64,000 nucleotides of DNA from the NCBI GenBank assembly GCA_963674735.2, contig CAXXQS010000002.1, positions 128,001 through 192,000 on the forward strand, in the 5' to 3' direction. Positions 56,001-64,000 of this stretch are shown here, one piece after another. The notes below the pieces were generated by a model, which saw nothing but the letters and a program-made list of their open reading frames with translations, did not search any database and was not told where the DNA came from. The DNA is from Myxococcota bacterium (GTDB lineage: Bacteria; Myxococcota_A; SURF-8). Positions within the stretch are counted from its first letter, which is position 1. Every line of letters starts with the position of its first letter. Position numbers and translations under genes: made by a program.

Positions 56001-59000
56001 TCAGGCGTCCAGCACCTCCCGCACTTTTTTAGCCAAGGCCTGGGGCGTATAGGGCTTTCCGATGAAGTTCAAGCCCTCGTCGAGAACGCCATGGTGTTCG
56101 ATCACCGCCTCCGTATATCCGGAGGTGAACAGCACTTTCAGATTCGGCATGCGAGCCACCAGCTTTTCAGACAACTCGCGCCCGTTCATGTTCGGCATCA
56201 CGATATCGGTTAAAAGCATGTCGATCGGCCGATGCTGCTTGTCGACCAGCGCCAGCGCGTTGCCGCCCGTATCCGCCTGGTGAACCGCGTACCCCTGTCG
56301 AGTCAGGATTCGGACGGCGATATTTCGAACCATGTCTTCGTCTTCCACAACCAAAATCGTCTCATGCCCCTTCGGCAGGTCCTCCCACTTGCTGCGTCGG
56401 GCAAGCGAGTCCGCCTTGCCTTGCGCCCTCGGCAAGTAGACCTTAAACACCGTCCCTTCGTCGGGCTCGGAATACACCTCCACATATCCGTTATGCTGTT
56501 TGACGATTCCGTATACCATCGCCAGGCCCAGCCCGGTTCCCTCCCCCTCCTTCTTGGTGGTGAAAAAGGGATCGAAGATTTTCAAGCGCGTCTCTTCGTC
56601 CATCCCCTGGCCATTATCGGTAACCGCGAGCCGCACGTATTCCCCCGCCTGGGCGTCGGGGTGGTTTCGGCTCGCCTCGTCCGTAAGGTGGAATTCGCCC
56701 GTTTCAATGGTCAGCTTCCCGCCATCCGGCATGGCGTCTCGCGCGTTCACGGCCAGGTTGATCAAGATTTGTTCCACCTGCCCCGGATCGGCTTTAACCG
56801 GGCAGATATTCCGCTCAAGCCTGATGCTCAGTTCGACATCCTCGCCGATTATGCGTCGCAGCATCTTGTGCGTATGGTTGATCAGTTCATTCAAATCCAG
56901 CACCTTCGGATTGATGATCTGCTTTCTGGAGAACGCCAACAGCTGCCGAGTGAGGGAGGCCGCGCTATCGGCGGCCTGGTTGATTTCGTTGAAGGTCTCG
57001 ATCAGCGGATCGCCGGGCCTCAGATCGAAAAGAGCCAACGAAACATTGCCGGTGATGCTGGTGAGCAAATTGTTGAAGTCGTGGGCCACTCCGCCCGCCA
57101 AACGCCCCACGGATTCCATTCGTTGCGCCTGATGAAGCTGGGATTCAAGCCTGGATTTTTCGATTTCGGCGCTTTTCTGATCGGTGATATCGAAAAAGGC
57201 CACGACGAAATGATCGGGAGAACTCTGAAAAGCCGCGATGTCAAACCAGCGCTCGCGCAATTTCAGGTAGTGCTGAAAACGAATCGTTTCACCCTGCTGC
57301 CCCACGCGCGCATAGGTTCCGACCCAATCGAAGGAATCCGTCTCAAGACCGGGGTATACCTCCGTCACCCGCTTACCTTTCGGATCGTATCCGAGAAGAT
57401 TCCGATAGTTCTCATTGGCATCTTCAAACGTATAATTGATGGCGCGACCGGTATCATCGTAGACCAAACGATGGTACGCGATGCCCATGGGACTTTTCTC
57501 GAACAGGGCACGAAATTTTTCTTCGCTTCTTTGCAAGGCCTCCTCGGTTTGCTTGCGTTCGGTGATATCGTCGATGATCCAAACGGCGCCCAGGCTCAAG
57601 TCCGGGGGAGAGATGGCGCGGCCACTGAACTGACACCAGACCGTGTGGCCGTCTTTATGCCGCAACGGATATTCGATTTGAAGGATGTTCATTTCACCCA
57701 GACGCCAGTAGTATTTTTCCCCGAATTCCACGAAGTTCTCATGCGACAAATGCACCTGCTCAGGCCCTTTGCCTTCCAGCTCGGCGGTCGTAAACCCCAA
57801 CATCTCCGCCATGCGCGGGTTGACCTTGGTGATGGTTCGATCGTACAGAACCATGATTCCGACCATACTGCTCTCGAAAATCGCCTTCTGTTCGTCGAGC
57901 ATCGCCCGCCGTTTTTCCTCAGCCAGCTTTCTTTCGGTGATGTCCTGCACGGTGCCCTTGATTAACACAAGCTCGCCGTCGTCATCGTAAACACCCTGGA
58001 AAGTCGAGGCATAATACCCGATACTGCCGTCGGCCTTCATGATCTTCTGCTCGTACTGTCCACGTTCCTTACTGGCCATCGCTTGCTCAATCAATTCCGT
58101 ATGCCGCTGGTTTTCTTCAGGCCAGGGCGAAAAAGACATAACCGAATCGATTGTCGGCACGAAGGTTTCAGGATCAACCTGAAAGAGGCTATAAACATGC
58201 TTCGACCATGTCACCTCGCCGGTTTTCACATCCCACAGCCAATTGCCCAGTCGCGCCATGTCCTGCGCATCTCTTAGCTTGCTCGCACTTTCCTTCAGTT
58301 CTTCCTCCGCCCGCTTGTGAGCGGTGAGATCCAAGACAATCGATAAGAGCTGTTTCTTTCCCGCTACATCAATCAACTCGCCATAATACGAACTGTGAAA
58401 CTTACTTCCATCAACACGCCTCAAGTCCAATTCAAAATCTCTAACAACGCCTTCTGACTTGATCGACTCCACCAGCCTGGCACGATCTTCGACGGAGATG
58501 AAACCGATATCGACAGATCTTTTTCCGACCACCTCTGCACGAGTAAATCCGGTCGTTTCCAAAAACGCCTCGTTGACATCCAGGTAACGTCCATCTTCTA
58601 TCGTGCTGATGCTCATCAACAAGGGGGCGTGCTGAAAAGCCATCGAGAATTTCTTTTCGGAAATTATTCGCGCTTCTTCCGACTGCTTATAGGCGGTGAT
58701 ATCATTGTGCGAGCCTCGCAGGTAAGCGGAATTTCCCTCTGCATCCGTCGTAACGGAGGCCTGGGCCAATATCCAGCGGTAAGAGCCGTCTTTGTGGCGA
58801 AAACGGAATTCGATCTGTAAGGCTTGTCCTTTCTCGTCGATACATCTTTCTACCGCCTCGACAGTCCGAACGAAGTCTTCCGGATGAATGCGTTGCTTCC
58901 ATTCCTCCACCTCTTCACCGATCTCATCGGGGTCGTAACCGATCTGGCGTTTCCATTCATCGGAATACTGCACCCTGTTCGTCTTCAGATCCCAATCCCA

Positions 59001-60050
59001 CAAACCGATTTTTGCCGCCTTGACGACTTCGATCTTGCGATAGATGGCTTCTTCCAACTCGGCCTTCATTTTTCTCTGTTCCGTGATATCGCGACACACG
59101 GCACACACGGCCGCGACACCGCCACCCGCATCGTAAATGGGCGTTAAAACCGAATCCGTGAACAGGAGACTCCCTTGAATGATCGTTTCATCCTGAACGT
59201 TGAATCCTTTCGCCGTTTCAAAGACTTGATCGATGCGACTCATCCACAGACGCATGAAATCCGGCACATGGCCAAAACCATCACGAATGTTCTTTCCGAT
59301 CACTTTATCACGACTGGCGCCAACATAATCGATCGCCGCCTGATTGGCGTACAAATAGTTATAATCTTGATCCCAAATCATAATACAGTCATTTGCCGAC
59401 TCAAAAGCTGTCCGAAATCGTTCCTCGCTATTTCGTAATGTCAGCCGAATTTGTCTCTTTGCAAGTCGACTTACCATCAGCTTTCCCAGAAGAACCGTTC
59501 CAATGGGGTAAATGATGATAATAGGCAAGCTTATTTTTTGAAACACGGCAAATGTGATGGCATCCGGCAAAGCCAACATGCTCAGAAGCATGTTAAGATG
59601 GACGACAAAACCGAAGAGGTAGAGTTCTCGCCAAGAAATTGTTTCCAGTTTGGTGCGTGTAAACCTTTTCCAAACGATTCCGATAATACCGGATGTGCAA
59701 ATAACCAATATGCCCATCCATACCCCCGCTCCTCCTTGGTACATACGAAAAGCCGCTGTCGTCAAAACAGCCATCAGAGCCGTGATGGGTCCGAAAAAAA
59801 GGCCGCTGATGGAAAGCAAAATGGATCGCGTATCGAAAAACACTCCAGGTTCGAATTCCCAGTAATTGAGCATTACGGCGATGCCGATGCCGCCGAGGAC
59901 AAAACCAACAACGAGCTGTCTGGTGATCGATTCTCGCCTTTCCGACTGATCCGAAAAAATCAGGTCGTAGAGCAATCCAAACGCAAGAAGAAGCGCGGCA
60001 TTGTTTAATAAACCGATATAAATACTCGTACTCAAGGGAAGGCCTCCCAT
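56001..60050 (-). CDS. Hybrid sensor histidine kinase (5TM-5TMR_LYT, multiple PAS, HisKA, HATPase, REC)
   Basis: FDTRSILLSISGLFFGP; GRLAGGVAHDFNNLL; NLAVNARDAM; FFTTK, GTGLGL; LLTDIVMP. Confidence 0.95.
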   Translation of the reverse strand: MGGLPLSTSIYIGLLNNAALLLAFGLLYDLIFSDQSERRESITRQLVVGFVLGGIGIAVMLNYWEFEPGVFFDTRSILLSISGLFFGPITALMAVLTTAAFRMYQGGAGVWMGILVICTSGIIGIVWKRFTRTKLETISWRELYLFGFVVHLNMLLSMLALPDAITFAVFQKISLPIIIIYPIGTVLLGKLMVSRLAKRQIRLTLRNSEERFRTAFESANDCIMIWDQDYNYLYANQAAIDYVGASRDKVIGKNIRDGFGHVPDFMRLWMSRIDQVFETAKGFNVQDETIIQGSLLFTDSVLTPIYDAGGGVAAVCAVCRDITEQRKMKAELEEAIYRKIEVVKAAKIGLWDWDLKTNRVQYSDEWKRQIGYDPDEIGEEVEEWKQRIHPEDFVRTVEAVERCIDEKGQALQIEFRFRHKDGSYRWILAQASVTTDAEGNSAYLRGSHNDITAYKQSEEARIISEKKFSMAFQHAPLLMSISTIEDGRYLDVNEAFLETTGFTRAEVVGKRSVDIGFISVEDRARLVESIKSEGVVRDFELDLRRVDGSKFHSSYYGELIDVAGKKQLLSIVLDLTAHKRAEEELKESASKLRDAQDMARLGNWLWDVKTGEVTWSKHVYSLFQVDPETFVPTIDSVMSFSPWPEENQRHTELIEQAMASKERGQYEQKIMKADGSIGYYASTFQGVYDDDGELVLIKGTVQDITERKLAEEKRRAMLDEQKAIFESSMVGIMVLYDRTITKVNPRMAEMLGFTTAELEGKGPEQVHLSHENFVEFGEKYYWRLGEMNILQIEYPLRHKDGHTVWCQFSGRAISPPDLSLGAVWIIDDITERKQTEEALQRSEEKFRALFEKSPMGIAYHRLVYDDTGRAINYTFEDANENYRNLLGYDPKGKRVTEVYPGLETDSFDWVGTYARVGQQGETIRFQHYLKLRERWFDIAAFQSSPDHFVVAFFDITDQKSAEIEKSRLESQLHQAQRMESVGRLAGGVAHDFNNLLTSITGNVSLALFDLRPGDPLIETFNEINQAADSAASLTRQLLAFSRKQIINPKVLDLNELINHTHKMLRRIIGEDVELSIRLERNICPVKADPGQVEQILINLAVNARDAMPDGGKLTIETGEFHLTDEASRNHPDAQAGEYVRLAVTDNGQGMDEETRLKIFDPFFTTKKEGEGTGLGLAMVYGIVKQHNGYVEVYSEPDEGTVFKVYLPRAQGKADSLARRSKWEDLPKGHETILVVEDEDMVRNIAVRILTRQGYAVHQADTGGNALALVDKQHRPIDMLLTDIVMPNMNGRELSEKLVARMPNLKVLFTSGYTEAVIEHHGVLDEGLNFIGKPYTPQALAKKVREVLDA

Positions 60051-60278
60051 TTCCTAAGCAGTAAGTATATGAGTTGTGATTTCATGCATTTATAGTAGTA
60101 AACCATTAATAGTGCTTTTATTCAAGCAAACTGTCGCCTCCTATCCTGCAAATGCCTGTGCTCATGGTAGAAGCTATTCCCAGCGACATTCATCCACAAA
60201 CAAAGGGCGACAACTCCGCTCCTTGCCGCTCGTCTCTGCTATCAAATCGGAATTTTGGAGATGGAAGTTAAAAAGAAG

Positions 60279-60325
60279 TTGACACTTTTAAAAATATCTA
60301 TATATTGACTGAACGTTCAGTCAAT
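60279..60325 (+). promoter_or_regulatory. sigma70 promoter with perfect 22-bp palindromic TetR operator
   Basis: TTGACA-N16-TATATT; ATTGACTGAAC/GTTCAGTCAAT at 60304-60325. Confidence 0.8.
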
Positions 60326-60341
60326 TATTGAAAGTGTCAAC

Positions 60342-60953
60342 ATGGCTAGAAACCCCGGAAAAAATACGGAAATGAAGGATCGACGCCGTGAGCAGCTTTT
60401 GTCCAAGGCTTTGCAGCTTTTCGCCACCCGCGGACTTTCCGGGACGAAAATCAGCCACATCGCGAATGCGGCCGGCATTTCACAGGGCTTGCTTTACCAT
60501 TACTACAAATCCAAGGAAGACATTTACACCGAATTGATCGGTGGAGCGCTGGAACGCATGAACGAGGCAGCCCGCGGCCTGGAAAAGCTTCCCATAAGCC
60601 CACGAGAAAAAATCAGCCATGCCCTGGAAGCGATGCTCGACAACATGCAACACAATGACGATTTCTCCCGTTATTTCATGCTGATTGCTCAGGCCACGGC
60701 CTCCGAGGATATTCCGCCGGCCACGCGACAGATCATCGAGAAGGAAAACCGAACTCCCTATGAGGTCATCGAGCGCATCATGATCGCGGGTCAGCAAGAC
60801 GGATCCATCAAGCAACATGACGCGAGCGAACTGGCGTTGGTCTTCTGGACCACCATCAAGGGTCTCGCGTTCCATGCCACCACCCACAAGGCAACCTTCC
60901 GAGCACCGGATGTCCGGCTGCTGACCAGCCTCTTCTTTACCGAATCCGATTGA
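60342..60953 (+). CDS. TetR/AcrR family regulator
   Basis: ALQLFATRG...IANAAGISQGLLYHYYKSKEDI. Confidence 0.95.
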   Translation: MARNPGKNTEMKDRRREQLLSKALQLFATRGLSGTKISHIANAAGISQGLLYHYYKSKEDIYTELIGGALERMNEAARGLEKLPISPREKISHALEAMLDNMQHNDDFSRYFMLIAQATASEDIPPATRQIIEKENRTPYEVIERIMIAGQQDGSIKQHDASELALVFWTTIKGLAFHATTHKATFRAPDVRLLTSLFFTESD

Positions 60954-60969
60954 GCAGAGGAATGTTCCG

Positions 60970-61878
60970 ATGAAAACGACCGACAAATCGACAAGCGATC
61001 TCTCGCGACAGACCGCGAGTTCCTCCACGCGGACAATCCTGCAAACGCCGTGCGGCCCGATCGAATACACGACTTTTGGAGAAGGTCCGGCCGTGCTGGC
61101 GATTCATGGCGCCATGGGCGGTTACGATCAAAGCGAGATCTTGGCCCGCACCATCGGCCCTCCGAATTGCCGCTACCTCTCGGTCTCCCGGCCCGGGTAT
61201 CTGGGCACCCCGCTCGACTCCGGCAAGAGTTCCGAACAACAGGCGGATCTTTACGTGCAGCTGCTCGATGCCCTTCACCTCGACCGGGTCGCGGTGTTCG
61301 CCGTTTCGGGCGGCGGGCCCTCTGCTTTACATTTCGCGCTTCGTCACCCGAGCCGCTGCCGGGGGCTGGTTCTGGCCTCCACGCCCGGCGATATCATGGA
61401 CACACCCATCCCGCTTTCCTTCAAGGTTATGACGCTGCTGGCCAGGTGGCCCTTCTTCGTTTCCATGATGAGAAGAAAAATGGAAGCCAATTTCGAACGC
61501 ACCGCCCAACGCTCGATTCGCGACCCGGAGATACGCCAACGTGTCCTCGCCGACCCGCAAACCGGCCCGCTGTTCAAAAGTCTCACGCTCAGCCTGTTCG
61601 ATCGCATGAACGAACGGCTGGCGGGCACAAGAAACGATATCCTCGTCACGCGCCATCAGTCCTACCCACTCGAAGAGGTGTCGGTTCCGACTCTGATCGT
61701 GCACGGGACGAACGACCAGGTCGTGCCCTACGCGCGGCATGCCGAAGCGTTGGCGTCGAGGATCCCCGGCGCGCAGTTGTGCCGCATCGAGGACGGCGAA
61801 CACGTATCCATCTTCACGCATCGGGATGACGTGCAAGCACGGGTGAAATCGTTTATGGAAGAAAATGTGCTGAAGTGA
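60970..61878 (+). CDS. Alpha/beta hydrolase
   Basis: IHGAMGG, AVSGGGP nucleophile elbow, HGTNDQVV, GEH. Confidence 0.92.
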   Translation: MKTTDKSTSDLSRQTASSSTRTILQTPCGPIEYTTFGEGPAVLAIHGAMGGYDQSEILARTIGPPNCRYLSVSRPGYLGTPLDSGKSSEQQADLYVQLLDALHLDRVAVFAVSGGGPSALHFALRHPSRCRGLVLASTPGDIMDTPIPLSFKVMTLLARWPFFVSMMRRKMEANFERTAQRSIRDPEIRQRVLADPQTGPLFKSLTLSLFDRMNERLAGTRNDILVTRHQSYPLEEVSVPTLIVHGTNDQVVPYARHAEALASRIPGAQLCRIEDGEHVSIFTHRDDVQARVKSFMEENVLK

Positions 61879-61920
61879 CGGCACGCTCTTTGGAATGACA
61901 CCAAGCCGCATAAACCACAA

Positions 61921-61949
61921 CGGGCACCTACGAAATTCGTAGATGCCCG
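61921..61949. terminator. Hairpin between hydrolase and tRNA-Leu
   Basis: cgggcacctacgaa-a-ttcgtagatgcccg. Confidence 0.65.
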
Positions 61950-61956
61950 AAATGTT

Positions 61957-62044
61957 TGGTACCGGAGGAGGGACTCGAACCCTCACATAGGCAAGCTATA
62001 CCAGATTTTGAGTCTAGCGCGTCTACCAATTCCGCCACTCCGGC
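61957..62044 (-). tRNA. tRNA-Leu(CAA)
   Basis: ctaga-ctCAAaa-tctgg; long variable arm; CCA end. Confidence 0.95.
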
Positions 62045-62272
62045 CAAGGCGTATCTTCCAACGCGGAAAGGAAGTGTAATCAGCTTTGCCGCCTAACGCA
62101 AGTTTTTTTCGCGCTTTCCTCGCTTCCGAACGAACCCGCTCGCGATATCTTGACCTCACGGCGATAGAACAGAGTTCCAATGCTTTTGAAACGGTATTTC
62201 GATTGTCACGCGGAGCGAGTCGGTTTACACTGGGTAAAATTTCTGACACTGGTTCGGCCACGAGGTGTAAGC

Positions 62273-64000
62273 ATGCTGTTTCAAAAGATTTTTTTATCGG
62301 TCTTATCGACCCTATTCCTCATCAGCATCGCTTGTTCGGACGACACCTCGGATCCCTCCGACGGTGACACACCCCACGACGATGGCGACGCCTCCGATGG
62401 CGATTTCCCCGATGGCGACGCGCCTTATGGCGATGACGATCCATCTGACAGCGACGATTTGCCTGCCGATGGTGATTCCTCCGATGGCGACTCGGATGAT
62501 GACATCGATGGTGACACGGATGGCGATACGGATGGCAACTCGGAGAACGATTCCGAGCAAGAACCGCCCGAAGACACCGATCCACCGCTTCTGGAAGGCG
62601 ACATCGAGGCCTGCACCGCCTCCGGCGGCTCGGCGGATCTGTTGCTGATCAAAGGCACGCTGGTGACGCCCACGGAGGCCTACTTGAATGGCGAACTGTT
62701 GACGGACGCCGTTTCGGGCAAGGTGCTGTGCGCCGGTGAAAACTGCGTCGACGATCCCAGCGCCAACGGGGCCACCGTCATTTGCGCCGATGGAATCATT
62801 CTGCCCGGCATGCTCGACCCGCACAACCATAGCTGGTACAACACGATCCCGCGCTGGCGGCACCCCGGCGACGACCACTGCCAGGATTGTACGCCCGGCG
62901 ACGACTGCCCGGCGGACGGGCAGGACTGCCGCCGTAAAAACGGACTCTACACCACGCGCCATAGCTGGCCGGATGATACGGATTATCAGAACCAGCTCAA
63001 AGCCTATTACAACGGGCTGAAAGACGACTACGAATGCGAAATGCAAAAGTGGGCCGAGGCGCGCATGCTCATTCACGGCACCACCGGAGTGGCCGGAGCC
63101 TGCCAGATGCGACGCTGCTACAACATGCTGGCGCGCAATCTCGACCTCGCCACCAGTTATTCCGGTCTCGAAGCCGACCGCATGCAAACCAACATCTACG
63201 AAGTGAAAACCATCACGAACGACGCCGATCAGGTGGCCAACTACTGCGCGAAGTTCGCCGCCGGGGATACCTCGGCGCTTTTGCTGCACGTAGCCGAAGG
63301 CGTCTCGGACCATCGCAACCGCACGGAATTCTGGAATTTGTGGATGCCCGACGACGAACACCCCGAAACGACTCTGATGGTTGAGGAACTGGTGCACATC
63401 CACGGCACCGGCGCTTACACCGACGAGCTGGCGCTTTTAGCCTGCAGCGACGCCAAGCTGGTATGGTCGCCACGCTCGAACATCGACCTCTACGGCCAAA
63501 CCACCAATATCCCGCTGGCGCGCAACCTCGGTATCAGGCTCGCACTCGGTCCCGATTGGACTCCCTCAGGCTCGCTCAGTCAGCTTCAGGAAATGCGCTG
63601 CGCCCATTACGTGAGCGAACGCTATTGGAACGACAGTATCGACGAACAGATACTTGTGCGCTGGGTAACCGATCAAGCGGCGCAGGTATTGGGCATCGAC
63701 GATCAGATCGGCAAGCTCGCCACCGGTTATCTGGCCGATGCGGCCATCGTCTCGGCCGATGACTACCAGCGCCGCCGTCCCTTCCGCCGGATCGTCGAGG
63801 CCGAAGCCTGGGATATCCGCCTGACGCTCGTGGGCGGCGTGCCGGTCTACGGCGACGTGGATTTGGCCCCTTACGGGCCGTACTGCGAAACCCTCGACGT
63901 TTGCGGCGAAACCAAAATCCTGTGCATGAAACAAGGCGAAGACGACACCGACTTCAAAAACCAAACCTTGACGGATATCCGGCAGATTTTGGAAACGAAC
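62273..64000 (+). CDS. DGD-repeat lipoprotein with amidohydrolase domain (runs off the window; absent from the ORF track)
   Basis: MLFQKIFLSVLSTLFLISIAC; ILPGMLDPHNH, LHVAEG, IHG, WSPRSN, LGPDW. Confidence 0.88.
   Translation, partial: MLFQKIFLSVLSTLFLISIACSDDTSDPSDGDTPHDDGDASDGDFPDGDAPYGDDDPSDSDDLPADGDSSDGDSDDDIDGDTDGDTDGNSENDSEQEPPEDTDPPLLEGDIEACTASGGSADLLLIKGTLVTPTEAYLNGELLTDAVSGKVLCAGENCVDDPSANGATVICADGIILPGMLDPHNHSWYNTIPRWRHPGDDHCQDCTPGDDCPADGQDCRRKNGLYTTRHSWPDDTDYQNQLKAYYNGLKDDYECEMQKWAEARMLIHGTTGVAGACQMRRCYNMLARNLDLATSYSGLEADRMQTNIYEVKTITNDADQVANYCAKFAAGDTSALLLHVAEGVSDHRNRTEFWNLWMPDDEHPETTLMVEELVHIHGTGAYTDELALLACSDAKLVWSPRSNIDLYGQTTNIPLARNLGIRLALGPDWTPSGSLSQLQEMRCAHYVSERYWNDSIDEQILVRWVTDQAAQVLGIDDQIGKLATGYLADAAIVSADDYQRRRPFRRIVEAEAWDIRLTLVGGVPVYGDVDLAPYGPYCETLDVCGETKILCMKQGEDDTDFKNQTLTDIRQILETN

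Noticed and set aside
56232-57965. 577-aa plus-strand ORF
   Set aside because: Antisense shadow of the histidine kinase

Overview
High-GC bacterial chromosome segment. The many Asp-Gly-Asp (DGD)-repeat lipoproteins and Cys-rich proteins suggest a Deltaproteobacteria/Myxococcota-like host (inference). From left to right: (1) the decayed edge of an island at tRNA-Val (integrase pseudogene plus IS3 scar); (2) tRNA-Val and tRNA-Arg; (3) fdhD and a selenocysteine formate dehydrogenase with NuoE/NuoF(HydC/HydB)-like partners; (4) an RlmN-like radical SAM gene; (5) a ~43 kb integrative element in tRNA-Ala(CGC), bounded by a 51-bp direct repeat (8929-8979 / 52051-52101); (6) a C10-peptidase lipoprotein, a type IIL R-M remnant, a PAS hybrid kinase, TetR plus hydrolase, tRNA-Leu and an amidohydrolase lipoprotein. 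The element carries an integrase, a resolvase, a primase-helicase, two methyltransferases, a type I R-M operon with inserted genes, and ~19 kb of secreted or lipoprotein cargo. It has no recognisable capsid or conjugation genes. Three things stand out. An exactly spaced motif, GCTTAG-N11-TCTGGGTTGTTG, occurs six times upstream of element operons, three of them in tandem. There is an orphan Cas8c-C-terminus (Cas11c)-like gene with no CRISPR locus, one of several stand-alone partial domains. Repeated junction sequences separate the cargo genes. All product calls come from motif recognition by eye; no searches were run.
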